NCBI GenBank assembly: GCA_964611805.1
Contig: CAZTBG010000002.1
Coordinates: forward strand, 3,053 to 63,026
From: an uncultured Dehalococcoidales bacterium
GTDB taxonomy: Bacteria; Chloroflexota; Dehalococcoidia; Dehalococcoidales; Fen-1064
Direction: 5' to 3'
DNA: 59,974 nucleotides
Positions 19,424 through 28,530 of this stretch are shown here, one piece after another. Each line of letters starts with the position of its first letter. The first letter of the stretch is position 1. Both the position numbers and the translations under genes were made by a program. A model generated the notes under the pieces. The model searched no databases and was not told the origin of the DNA. It saw nothing but the letters and a program-made list of their open reading frames with translations.

Positions 19424-20236
19424 ATGGAAAAAGGCATAATACACCCCGCAATTGTCTATGGTACCGTAAGGTCAAAAAGGGTACCCGGGAACTCTTTAGG
19501 ACTAAATATTTTGCCACAGGAGTACAAGATATGCTCCTTTAACTGCGTTTATTGTGAGCGTGGTCGTACCAAGGTATTCGCTGATGACTTAGCAAACAGA
19601 AAAGCAGATCTTCCCTCACCGGATGATTTTGAGCGAGCATTAGAATCGGCACTACGACAAAGCAAACATATTGATGCCTTAACATTCTCTGGTAACGGGG
19701 AACCCACACTTCATCCACAATTTGAGGAAATAGTTGATATCGCATTGCGACTAAGGAATAAATTCATTCCGCAAGCAAAGGTAGGCATCCTCTCTAACTC
19801 ATCAACCTTAGAAATTGACGGCGTGCTCCGGGGATTGTCCAAACTGGATTATAGGATGATGAAACTTGATGTCGGTGACGTCGAAACGTTCAACAAAGTC
19901 AACCGCCCTCAACCAGGAGTAGAATTCCAAGCGATAGTGGAAAGGTTAAAGACGCTTGAGAATATCATTATCCAAACCATGTTCATAAACGGAAACACAC
20001 AGAATATAGATGACCAAGGAATAAGGGCATGGACTAGCCGTATAGGCGAAATATCGCCAGATAATGTTCAAATCTATTCCCTCCACAGGCCTCCTGCTGA
20101 ACCGTCAATCAGGGAAGTGCCCGCAGAAAGACTCGAACAGATCGCTGCCTCGGTAACGAAACATACAGGAGTCCCGGTAGAGGTAATTGTACGCGATTCC
20201 CCCTATCGCGATAGGAAACGAGAATACTGGAAATAG
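19424..20236 (+). CDS. Radical SAM protein, function unknown
   Basis: CSFNCVYC (CxxxCxxC) cluster motif near the N-terminus. Confidence 0.75.
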   Translation: MEKGIIHPAIVYGTVRSKRVPGNSLGLNILPQEYKICSFNCVYCERGRTKVFADDLANRKADLPSPDDFERALESALRQSKHIDALTFSGNGEPTLHPQFEEIVDIALRLRNKFIPQAKVGILSNSSTLEIDGVLRGLSKLDYRMMKLDVGDVETFNKVNRPQPGVEFQAIVERLKTLENIIIQTMFINGNTQNIDDQGIRAWTSRIGEISPDNVQIYSLHRPPAEPSIREVPAERLEQIAASVTKHTGVPVEVIVRDSPYRDRKREYWK

Positions 20237-20360
20237 AAGGCCACAGTCGTTCTTATTGAGATTTTACAATTGGGCGCTTTATTACATTAAGCAGCCATCA
20301 CGGGAAGCCCATTGACATTATCATTTTCACTACTGTATTATTCAACAAATTAGAATATGT

Positions 20361-20443
20361 ACTAGGGGAGCTGAAAGGCTGAGAGGTCCCGTGTGGGGCG
20401 ACCCTTATTACCTGATCTCGGTAATGCGAGCGTAGGGAAGTGA
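20361..20443 (+). promoter_or_regulatory. TPP (THI-box) riboswitch aptamer
   Basis: CUAGGGGAGC..GGCUGAGA..ACCCUUAUUACCUGAUCUCGGUAAUGCGAGCGUAGGGAAG is colinear with the E. coli thiM aptamer as recalled. Confidence 0.9.
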
Positions 20444-20452
20444 AAAACCTGA

Positions 20453-20495
20453 AACCAGAAGACTGATCACATCCCAGCTTCTGGTTTTTCTTTTC
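20453..20495 (+). terminator. Intrinsic terminator serving as the riboswitch expression platform
   Basis: AACCAGAAG (20453-20461) pairs with CTTCTGGTT (20478-20486), followed by TTTCTTTTC. Confidence 0.8.
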
Positions 20496-20531
20496 ACCAC
20501 TCGAACTGGCATTTGGCGAAGGAAACCGTAG

Positions 20532-21326
20532 ATGAGCGCAAGAACGGGCGATGGTTCTATTGATTATGACCAGGTCAGCCAGGTTTATGATACTAGCAGG
20601 GTGGCCAATGCCGAAACAGTTGGGAAATTCATCCGACTGCTTCAAATCTCCGGTGATTCAGTAGTTCTCGACATGGGATGTGGCACCAGCAACTATACCG
20701 ATGCGCTAAGGCGAGTAGCTAAAAGCATTGTAGGGATAGACTCGTCCGTAGGCATGCTTGAGCAAGCACGGGCCAAGTTTACTGACTTACTACTCATCTC
20801 AGGTGATATCACGAGCATGCCCTTCAAGCCAGAGGTCTTCGATGCTTCGTTTGCCGTTCAAGTGCTGCACCATGTCAAAGAGAAGGAGCGGTTTCTAAAG
20901 GAAGCCTGTCGCGTGCTGCGAAAAGGGGCATACATTGCAATACATTCCTGTTCTCACCGACAAATGCGGGTATTCTGGTCCTATCACTACTTCCCAAAGG
21001 GGCTTCAGGTAGACTTGGCGCGAATGCCCGACTCAAAAGAGATTGTATTGTTACTTACCAGAGCCGGATTCTCAAACATTGGCGTTGAGACGTGCTATCA
21101 CGATGTTGTTATTGCAAATGAGGCACCAGAACGCTATCTGGATAAGAACTACCGTGACAGCATTTCTACTTTTGCCTTCCTTAGTGAGGAAGACATAGAA
21201 TTAGGCTGTGAGAAGATACGGGAAGACATTGCTTCTGGTGCTGTTGAGAACGTTGTTCGAGAGTCTGAGGTGAAAGTCACGAACAATGTTGGCGGTTCGT
21301 GCATTATCTATGGACGGAAAACCTAG
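20532..21326 (+). CDS. Class I SAM-dependent methyltransferase
   Basis: Motif I VLDMGCGTSNY; first gene after the riboswitch terminator. Confidence 0.85.
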   Translation: MSARTGDGSIDYDQVSQVYDTSRVANAETVGKFIRLLQISGDSVVLDMGCGTSNYTDALRRVAKSIVGIDSSVGMLEQARAKFTDLLLISGDITSMPFKPEVFDASFAVQVLHHVKEKERFLKEACRVLRKGAYIAIHSCSHRQMRVFWSYHYFPKGLQVDLARMPDSKEIVLLLTRAGFSNIGVETCYHDVVIANEAPERYLDKNYRDSISTFAFLSEEDIELGCEKIREDIASGAVENVVRESEVKVTNNVGGSCIIYGRKT

Positions 21327-22615
21327 CCGGCATACTCCGTACGGAGGAACGAAAAGCCGTGGAAATTTCTGACCCGCAGTATGAAGTGGAAATAAGGTGT
21401 CATTTCGCAGACCAAAATGAAGCGTACCAAAGGCTCCCATTCTTTCGCGAAAGCGTCTATAGCGAAGCCACGTGGAGCAGTGGGATCTATGGCCTGTCAC
21501 TGTTCAAATCAGGCGAGTTACTTCGAGTAGGCGAGGTTCATATCAGTGGCGAAACCAGAATCTTTCTCCGTTGGAAGAGTCGGGATACCGGCACATTTGC
21601 CAATATTCGTATTGAGATCGGCGACGAGATCACTAACGGTATCAGGGATAGCCTTGTCTTGCGCCGGCTAGGGGGTCAGTCTGGTTTTCTGACAGCCCAA
21701 CAGGTGATAGAGGAATTGGAGCGGCTTGGACATCACCGCTTCATGGGATTTGAGGGGCACGACTGGTACGGGAAATATGAGCCGCTGAACGTCGAGATAA
21801 AGATGATGCGCTGTCCCGTTCTGGAGTGGCCTCTCATGGTCGAGTTCGAGAAGATTGCACGCACTGAAGAAGAGGCGCGCCAATTTGAGAAAGACCTCTA
21901 CGAGTTGAGCCGCCAGCTTAGGCTTGAGAACTGTCTGATGAAAGAGGAACCCCCGACCCAGTTGTACGCAACGGTTTTCGGTCGGGAAGGGTTGATACAA
22001 TCACCAAACGCATGGAACAGTGTCTACAAGCAACAAGGGAGGGTTTTCACTGAACCCCACGAAGACATGCCCAGTATAGTCCAATTGTTGAAGGATGGAG
22101 GGGCAAGCACTGTCCTAGACTTAGGAAGCGGCACCGGTCGACACGTGATATATCTAGCCAGAAACGGCTTTTCTGTCTTCGGGTTAGACAACTCCCCGGC
22201 GGGGATTGAACTGACTCGCCGATGGCTGGCCGATGAGGGTTTGACCGCTGACTTGCGATTGCAGAGCATGGCTGAGAAGCTACCCTATGAAGACGCGTTC
22301 TTTGACGCCATTATCTCGGTGCAGGTGATCCATCACGCAGATAGCGCGACGATAAGGAAGATTGTTCAAGAGCTAACCCGAGTTCTTAAAGAGGGCGGAT
22401 TTCTTTTCGTCACTGTGCCCAAGCTGAAGAACCAAGGAGTGCATTTTGAACAACTCGAACCCAATACCTTCATTCCTTTGGATGGACCTGAAAAGGGGTT
22501 ACCCCACCATTACTTCAGCCCAGAGGAGTTACGAGAGGTATTTGGTCACTTTGATGTAGCGGATATTCATCTTGACACGGTCAATCACTACTGCCTATCA
22601 GCCGTTAAGCTGTAG
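21299..22615 (+). CDS. CYTH-like (triphosphate tunnel) domain fused to a class I SAM-dependent methyltransferase
   Basis: N-terminal YEVEIRCHF (ExExK-type), later LLRV / RIFLRWK / IRIEIGDE / LMVEFEKI strands; C-terminal VLDLGSGTGRH. Alternative GTG start at 21359 follows GGAGG. Confidence 0.65.
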   Translation: MHYLWTENLAGILRTEERKAVEISDPQYEVEIRCHFADQNEAYQRLPFFRESVYSEATWSSGIYGLSLFKSGELLRVGEVHISGETRIFLRWKSRDTGTFANIRIEIGDEITNGIRDSLVLRRLGGQSGFLTAQQVIEELERLGHHRFMGFEGHDWYGKYEPLNVEIKMMRCPVLEWPLMVEFEKIARTEEEARQFEKDLYELSRQLRLENCLMKEEPPTQLYATVFGREGLIQSPNAWNSVYKQQGRVFTEPHEDMPSIVQLLKDGGASTVLDLGSGTGRHVIYLARNGFSVFGLDNSPAGIELTRRWLADEGLTADLRLQSMAEKLPYEDAFFDAIISVQVIHHADSATIRKIVQELTRVLKEGGFLFVTVPKLKNQGVHFEQLEPNTFIPLDGPEKGLPHHYFSPEELREVFGHFDVADIHLDTVNHYCLSAVKL

Positions 22616-22616
22616 A

Positions 22617-22796
22617 CAACGGCAAGGCAATGAAGTTACCAGACTACACAAGAAGAATGGGGACTTCACGACTCTTGAAGAAGCAAGGGTCTTGATAGAG
22701 CAATGGCGAAGGGAATATAATCAGGCACGCCTGTAGAATTCTCTCGTATACCAACCTCGAGCTCCTGAGGCTGTCTTAACCAAGATAATGACCTAA
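22617..22796 (+). pseudogene. 3' relic of an IS3/IS481-type DDE transposase (integrase-core C-terminus)
   Basis: Single frame reads ..FTTLEEARVLIEQWRREYNQARL*NSLVYQPRAPEAV.., matching the ..WRxxYNxxRPHSSLGYxxPAPEA tail; in-frame TAG at 22734; no N-terminal part. Confidence 0.7.
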
Positions 22797-22837
22797 GGAG
22801 TGGTATCGCTACCGGGGGTAGGCCACAAGTTCCAATA

Positions 22838-23635
22838 TTGATTAACCTATATTTTGAAAAGATGGACAAATTCAGTCCTAATATGTTCAAGGCAGAACTG
22901 GCAAAGTATTACGATGTCATGCATCAGTACCGTAATTACGACAAGGAATGCAGCTTTGCCAATAATCTCATTAAAAGAAAGGTTCCCGAAGCGAGAAGGG
23001 TCTTGGATATCTGCTGCGGAACTGGTGAACACGCTACTAGGATGGCTCATTTGGGCTATGAAGTAACAGGAGTTGACCAATCTCAAGATATGCTGGATAT
23101 TGCTGTGGATAAAGTAGTAGCGTCAGGTCTTTCGATTGATTTCATTTGTGCGGATGTATTTGAATTGGGAATTAAAGAGGAGTTCGAGGTTGCTTACTGT
23201 CTTGGTTACACGTTTCTTTATATGACGACATACCCAGATGTCAGGAGGTTCCTTAAGGCTGTAAAGAACGCTTTATTGCCAAGGGGACTATTTATAGTTG
23301 ATTTTATAAATGGACCTTCACTAATCAAAGATTTCAATAAAGACGAATTTATCTACCGTCACAAGAGCGTAACGATTAGACAGCATGACCGGTGGTCCTT
23401 GGATAACAGAAGAGGAGTGAAACATTTAGACTTCGCGTACGAGATTATTGATGACGACGGCAGAGTTCAGAAGATATCTGCAGAAGAAGATTTGAGAATA
23501 TTTTATGATGATGAAGTTCAGACTTTGTTATCCAGTTGCGGCTTTAGCGATGTTGAGTCATTTGGCGATTATAATTTAGAACGAAATAGAGCCGATAACC
23601 CGTATATATTGATTGTTTCAGGGAAGAAAGCTTAA
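22838..23635 (+). CDS. Class I SAM-dependent methyltransferase
   Basis: Motif I VLDICCGTGEH; AT-richer than neighbours; ATG 22862 is an alternative start. Confidence 0.8.
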   Translation: MINLYFEKMDKFSPNMFKAELAKYYDVMHQYRNYDKECSFANNLIKRKVPEARRVLDICCGTGEHATRMAHLGYEVTGVDQSQDMLDIAVDKVVASGLSIDFICADVFELGIKEEFEVAYCLGYTFLYMTTYPDVRRFLKAVKNALLPRGLFIVDFINGPSLIKDFNKDEFIYRHKSVTIRQHDRWSLDNRRGVKHLDFAYEIIDDDGRVQKISAEEDLRIFYDDEVQTLLSSCGFSDVESFGDYNLERNRADNPYILIVSGKKA

Positions 23636-23640
23636 CATTT

Positions 23641-23668
23641 GGGCGTTTTGTTGAGCGCCCCCATTTTT
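23641..23668 (+). terminator. Weak intrinsic terminator candidate
   Basis: GGGCG (23641-23645) pairs with CGCCC (23656-23660), then CCATTTTT. Confidence 0.35.
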
Positions 23669-23737
23669 GATATGATTGATGGCTAAACCGTACCGGAAGA
23701 GGACTGATGACGACTACCGCCATCTAATAGTTTTATA

Positions 23738-24403
23738 ATGGAAGAGACTATGTCTTGGGATAATGAGTATAGACATCATAAACGCGTTTGGGGAGAGGGA
23801 CCAAGCGCATTGGCCTCTTTTGCCGTGGATTACCTGCAGGAATTACAGTTATACCAGAAGACCCTTAGCATCTTGGACATCGGATGCGGTTACGGCCGTG
23901 ACGCGGTTTATCTATGCCAACATACCGATTGCACCATAGTAGGTATCGACAATTCACAAGGAGCCATTGAGATGGCCAGGGGTACTCGCCCCAAGGAATA
24001 TATTGGCAGAATAGACTTTAAGTTCCTCGATTTTACTCGGCTTCCTGTAAACGATAGATACGACGTGGTTTTCGCATCCAATCTCTATCAATTACTGAGG
24101 CCAGAAGAGAGGGCTGCATTTAGGAAGATATCAAGAAGGGTTCTAAGTCCGAATGGACTGTTGTTTCTGAGTACATTATCTACGAGTGATCCTGAGCATT
24201 ATGGTAAGGGTACCGCCGCTGTGGGTGATATTAACTCATTCGTGGATGAGAAGTATCTGCACTTATGCACGTGCGGAGAACTAGAGCGGGAATTTAGTTT
24301 TCTGAACATCAAGGAACTGAAAGAGCACGAATATTATGAGCCTCGTGCTACCGGTAGAACTCATCACCATATCTCATGGCTGTTGGTAGGACATAAAGAG
24401 TGA
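23738..24403 (+). CDS. Class I SAM-dependent methyltransferase
   Basis: Motif I ILDIGCGYGRD. Confidence 0.8.
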   Translation: MEETMSWDNEYRHHKRVWGEGPSALASFAVDYLQELQLYQKTLSILDIGCGYGRDAVYLCQHTDCTIVGIDNSQGAIEMARGTRPKEYIGRIDFKFLDFTRLPVNDRYDVVFASNLYQLLRPEERAAFRKISRRVLSPNGLLFLSTLSTSDPEHYGKGTAAVGDINSFVDEKYLHLCTCGELEREFSFLNIKELKEHEYYEPRATGRTHHHISWLLVGHKE

Positions 24404-24770
24404 GCACCTATGTTACAGAGTCAGCCTTGCAGCCACTCTCTCTAGCATAAACTGACGGTATTAACCAGGTACCTGAACAATCGTCCAGAATGTGCTGTCT
24501 AGGTCAAAATTGCTTGTAAAGGTCAATTGCTTAGCACAGCTTCACGTATAACACTACTTACGCGCAAGAGTTGAACTTACTTTTATGACCTAATAGTCGA
24601 GACTATTTAAGCCGTCTCGTTTCGGTGCCACAATATACTAAAAAGTTACTCCTGATTTCACGCTCAATGGCTATATGCAAGACTGAGCCTTACAAGGAAC
24701 GTTGTTACACAGTCTAATAAAGAGGCTAGGGACTATTGTATATCCGTTTATTTATTTCTGCTTATTTGCC

Positions 24771-25268
24771 TTAGTCAGATGAGGATTTTTCACTCTTGAC
24801 AGTAAAGCAATTTGCTAGTGTCTTTTCGACGTCTCTTAGCCGTGACCCAATTATGTGTGACAGGCTCTGAAAGACAATATAGCCGATGCGGTTGTCCTCA
24901 TCAAGGAGACCCATAAGCTCGGCACCATTGATAGTCACAACCTCGGTAGTTTTTGTACAGATTGCTGACATGACATAGAAATGGGGCCTCACCAAGGCAG
25001 ACCATCCAAAGCAACCACCAGTGGTGACTGTATCAACCAACAAGTTTTCTCTCACTGGCCGGTATTCAGAAGGAAAATCTGCTACCAGGTCTACTTGTCC
25101 TCTGACGAGCACATACAGGTATTTTGCTCTCACCCCAAACTTAAAAATAATCTCGCCCGCCAAAAATAGTTCTTTGTGGGATGAGGGTAACTCAGCTATC
25201 TTCAACAGGGCAGCGTCGTCCAGCCCGAGGAATAACTCGGCCCTTTTTAGGGTTGTCTCAATTCCCAT
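24771..25268 (-). CDS. Cyclic-nucleotide-binding domain protein without DNA-binding domain
   Basis: cNMP-binding layout (LFLGLDDAALLKIA, YLYVLVRGQVDLV, GGCFGWSALV); the 165 aa leave no room for an HTH. Confidence 0.75.
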   Translation of the reverse strand: MGIETTLKRAELFLGLDDAALLKIAELPSSHKELFLAGEIIFKFGVRAKYLYVLVRGQVDLVADFPSEYRPVRENLLVDTVTTGGCFGWSALVRPHFYVMSAICTKTTEVVTINGAELMGLLDEDNRIGYIVFQSLSHIIGSRLRDVEKTLANCFTVKSEKSSSD

Positions 25269-25455
25269 ATCTTATTTTCCTGCGATACGGCCCCCTGCTC
25301 TTCTCACAACAGGTATTGTACCCCGTATCCTATTATCCATCGGTGGTGCCTCGGAGTCAAACCAGTTACTTTATACAGTGTGTCGGCAATACCGCCATTG
25401 AGGTGTGATATTGGCACGTCTGGGATACTTGACAATGATGGTGAAGAGGCGTAAT

Positions 25456-26145
25456 ATGCCGTGCATCATGGTCGACATCGCTGTCACAATCAACGGCGCT
25501 CCGGTAACCGGACGGGAAGGAGCTACTATTCTGGAGGTCGCTCGGGAGAACGGGATTGATATCCCCACGCTATGTTACCGACCAGAATTCACCCCGATTG
25601 GTGCTTGCCGTTTATGTGTTGTGGAAGTGGAAGGTTCCAGAACTCTGGTGGGCTCCTGCCACACACCAATCACCGAGGGGATGGTAGTTCATACCCACTC
25701 CCCCAAGGTGCTGGAGACTCGCCGTACAATAGTGGAGCTATTGCTGGCCAGTCACAGTGGCACCTGCTACATGTGTGACAAGGCTAATGTGTGCGAGTTG
25801 CGTGCCATTGCCGCCGACCTGGACGTTGGGCTTCCTCAGTTTCAGGTCAGAAAACGCTATTACTCGATTGAGGACAGCAGCCCATATATTGTCCGCGACC
25901 TGACCAAGTGTGTCCTGTGTCGTCGATGTGTATGGGCGTGCAAAGAGGTGGCCAAGAAGGATGTATTCGCCATTGGCTACCGGGGTTTTGACTCAAAGAT
26001 TGTGGTCGACTTTGACCAGCCACTTGACAAAGAAGTCTGTAAGGATTGTGGTATCTGCATCCCCTTTTGCCCAACTGGGGCATTGAGCACACCACGAAGA
26101 ATCGCGGAAGAGAAGGAAGGTAAGCTACTAATAATAAAAGGTTGA
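25456..26145 (+). CDS. HoxU / NuoG-N-terminal-like iron-sulfur protein (2Fe-2S, His-ligated 4Fe-4S, two 4Fe-4S)
   Basis: TLCY..GACRLCVVEVEG..GSCHTP; HSGTCYMCDKANVCELR; CVLCRRCVWAC; CKDCGICIPFCP. ATG 25456 follows AAGAGG; the ORF-track start is 25405. Confidence 0.8.
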   Translation: MPCIMVDIAVTINGAPVTGREGATILEVARENGIDIPTLCYRPEFTPIGACRLCVVEVEGSRTLVGSCHTPITEGMVVHTHSPKVLETRRTIVELLLASHSGTCYMCDKANVCELRAIAADLDVGLPQFQVRKRYYSIEDSSPYIVRDLTKCVLCRRCVWACKEVAKKDVFAIGYRGFDSKIVVDFDQPLDKEVCKDCGICIPFCPTGALSTPRRIAEEKEGKLLIIKG

Positions 26146-26173
26146 TTGACTGAGGAGAGGTGGGGGAAGGAAG

Positions 26174-26620
26174 ATGAACAATCATCCTCAGCGACCTTCT
26201 AATCAAAGTGAGGACAGGCAGAACCTGCTCTTGCTGCTGAAAGAGACGCAGCGTAGGTATGGCTACCTGTCTAAACAACTCATGTGCGAGCTAGCCGAGT
26301 CACTCGGCATCTCGACCAGTGAGGTGTATGGTGTCGCGACCTTCTATTCGTTCCTCTCCACCCAACCAAAGGGAAGGAACATCATCCGTGTGTGTAAGGG
26401 GCTTCCCTGCTGTCTCAAGGACTACCACCTGATAGTCAGCTCCATCGAAGACGTCATAGACATAAGCCCCGGAGAGACCACTCTCGATGGCAGGTTCTCT
26501 TTCGAGCTTGTAAATTGTATCGGTGCCTGTGATAGTGCGCCCGCAATGCTGGTGAATAATGATTTGCACGCTGGCCTGACCCCTCGCAAAATCTCTCAAA
26601 TTTTGAAGGAGTACGAGTAG
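26174..26620 (+). CDS. NuoE/HoxE-like thioredoxin-fold 2Fe-2S protein
   Basis: CKGLPC and CIGACDSAP cysteine motifs. Confidence 0.85.
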   Translation: MNNHPQRPSNQSEDRQNLLLLLKETQRRYGYLSKQLMCELAESLGISTSEVYGVATFYSFLSTQPKGRNIIRVCKGLPCCLKDYHLIVSSIEDVIDISPGETTLDGRFSFELVNCIGACDSAPAMLVNNDLHAGLTPRKISQILKEYE

Positions 26621-26653
26621 GCCACCACCAAGGATGAATAAGGACTATGGCAG

Positions 26654-27850
26654 ATGCCTGAGCAACGAGTTGTCCTGAAGAACTGTGGGATTATTGACCC
26701 TACACAGATAGCTACGTATTTAGCATCGGATGGTTTTGAAGCCCTGAAGAAAGCTCGTAATATTACGCCCGAACAGGTTATTCAGGAAGTTAAGGATTCG
26801 GGACTACGGGGGCGGGGGGGTGCTGGTTTTCCCTGCGGCCTTAAGTGGGAGCTGGCGAGGAATGCCCTTGGGGATGATAAATACGTGATATGTAACGCTG
26901 ACGAGGGCGAGATAGGGACGTTCAAGGACAGGTTCATCCTGGCCAATGACCCTTTTACTCTGATTGAAGGGATTGCTATCGCTGGTTATGCCATTGGCGC
27001 CCGGAGTGGCTATATCTACCTGCGCGCCGAGTACCACTACCTCTACGACCTGCTAGTGAAATCCGTCAATAAGGTCCGGGAGGCAGGATTCCTTGACGGC
27101 TTTAGCATTACTATCTGTGAGGGTGCAGGTGCCTACGTATGCGGTGAGGAATCAGCGCTGATGGACTCGATTGAAGGCAAGCGTGGAGAAGTACGCTACC
27201 GGCCTCCTTTCCCCCCGACTAGGGGGCTGTGGGGAGAGCCGACTGTTATAAACAACGTGGAAACACTGATGAACATCCCCCGAATATTACTCAATGGCGC
27301 GGACTGGTTCAGCGGGATAGGTACGGAGCGGAGTAAGGGTACTAAGGTATTCTCAGTTAGTGGAGACGTAAGTAAGCCCGGCGTTTATGAAATGGTTCTG
27401 GGCAGCAAGCTGACGGAGCTGGTCGAGGGTCTTGCGGCAGCGAAGAAAGTAAAGGCGGTACAAGTAGGTGGTGCCACCGGTAGAATCATACCATATCACA
27501 TGATGGACACAGAACTGTCTTTTGAGACTGTTCTTGGTGCTGGTGCCATCACCGTTTATAACGATAGTCGGGATATGTTAGACATCGTCCATAAGACTTT
27601 GCAGTTCCTCGCTGAGGAGAGTTGTGGCAAGTGCAGTCCGTGTCGGGAGGGTACTGAGGTGATGGTTGAAATTCTTGGGAGGTTTACTCGGGGCGAGGGC
27701 AGTGCACGTGACATCGCAGCCATGGAGAGGCTATCACAAGCGATGATGCTTTCCGCACTGTGCGGCCTGGGGCAAGCAGCCCCCAACCCGGTACTGGACA
27801 GTTTGCAGTACTTCCGTGGTGAGTATGAGCGCCGGTTCAGAGGAAAGTGA
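26654..27850 (+). CDS. NuoF/HoxF-like NAD(H)- and FMN-binding flavoprotein
   Basis: GRGGAGFPCGLKW, GEESALMDSIEG, ESCGKCSPCREG motifs. Confidence 0.9.
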   Translation: MPEQRVVLKNCGIIDPTQIATYLASDGFEALKKARNITPEQVIQEVKDSGLRGRGGAGFPCGLKWELARNALGDDKYVICNADEGEIGTFKDRFILANDPFTLIEGIAIAGYAIGARSGYIYLRAEYHYLYDLLVKSVNKVREAGFLDGFSITICEGAGAYVCGEESALMDSIEGKRGEVRYRPPFPPTRGLWGEPTVINNVETLMNIPRILLNGADWFSGIGTERSKGTKVFSVSGDVSKPGVYEMVLGSKLTELVEGLAAAKKVKAVQVGGATGRIIPYHMMDTELSFETVLGAGAITVYNDSRDMLDIVHKTLQFLAEESCGKCSPCREGTEVMVEILGRFTRGEGSARDIAAMERLSQAMMLSALCGLGQAAPNPVLDSLQYFRGEYERRFRGK

Positions 27851-28530
27851 GGTGGTATGAGGAAATGATAACGATTACCGAGCAGAAGCCGTCACAAGAG
27901 ATACTGCAGTCGCTTGAGGGAAGTAAGTCCGTATATATTATCGGCTGCGGCGCCTGTGCCACTATGCTACACACCGGCGGAAAATCTGAAGTCCTGGCCA
28001 TGAAAGAGAAACTGGAGGAAGCCGGGAAAAAGGTCACCGGCTGGATGGTTATACCTACGGTCTGTGACCAGCTCACCGAGGTTGCACTTACAGAGACCGC
28101 AGAGGCAATTCGAGCCGCCGATGTCATACTGGTAATGTCCTGTGCCTTTGGTGTGCAGACTGTAGGTTTTTATGCGGACTTGCCGGTGTTCCCGGCACTT
28201 AATACGCTCTTCGTGGGTAAGGAGGAGACACCGGGACACTTTGTTGACGTCTGCATGCAATGTGGTAACTGTGTCCTGGCGCGTACGGCCGGTATCTGCC
28301 CCCTGGTGCGGTGTTCAAAGAGCCTGCTCAATGGGCCGTGTGGGGGTTCTGTAGAAGGCAGGTGTGAAGTTGATTCCAGTATACCCTGTGTCTGGCAGAC
28401 AATCTATGACCGCCTAGCTGCCCAGGGGCGACTTGCTGAGCTGGACGAGATAGAGCCAATTAAAGACTGGAGCACCAGCTCTTCGAGTGTACCAAGACGA
28501 TTTGACGCGATTAACTCAGATGAACAGTAA
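27847..28530 (+). CDS. metV: Methylenetetrahydrofolate reductase C-terminal-domain protein (MetV)
   Basis: IIGCGACATMLHTGG and CMQCGNCVL..CPLVRCSKSLLNGPCGG motifs; GTG 27847 overlaps the upstream stop, ATG 27865 is an alternative. Confidence 0.8.
   Translation: MRWYEEMITITEQKPSQEILQSLEGSKSVYIIGCGACATMLHTGGKSEVLAMKEKLEEAGKKVTGWMVIPTVCDQLTEVALTETAEAIRAADVILVMSCAFGVQTVGFYADLPVFPALNTLFVGKEETPGHFVDVCMQCGNCVLARTAGICPLVRCSKSLLNGPCGGSVEGRCEVDSSIPCVWQTIYDRLAAQGRLAELDEIEPIKDWSTSSSSVPRRFDAINSDEQ

Noticed and set aside
20298-20645. 115-aa minus-strand ORF
   Set aside because: The region is fully explained by the plus-strand TPP riboswitch, its terminator and the start of the methyltransferase gene.
24502-24532. 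Direct repeat GGTCAAAATTGCTT / GGTCAATTGCTT in the gap after the fourth methyltransferase
   Set aside because: It is short, imperfect and in AT-rich DNA, with no associated gene start.
25405-26145. Formate dehydrogenase or hydrogenase catalytic subunit, or a selenocysteine TGA
   Set aside because: The ORF ends after the FeS domains at a stop followed by the NuoE-like gene. No molybdopterin or H-cluster domain exists and there is no read-through frame.
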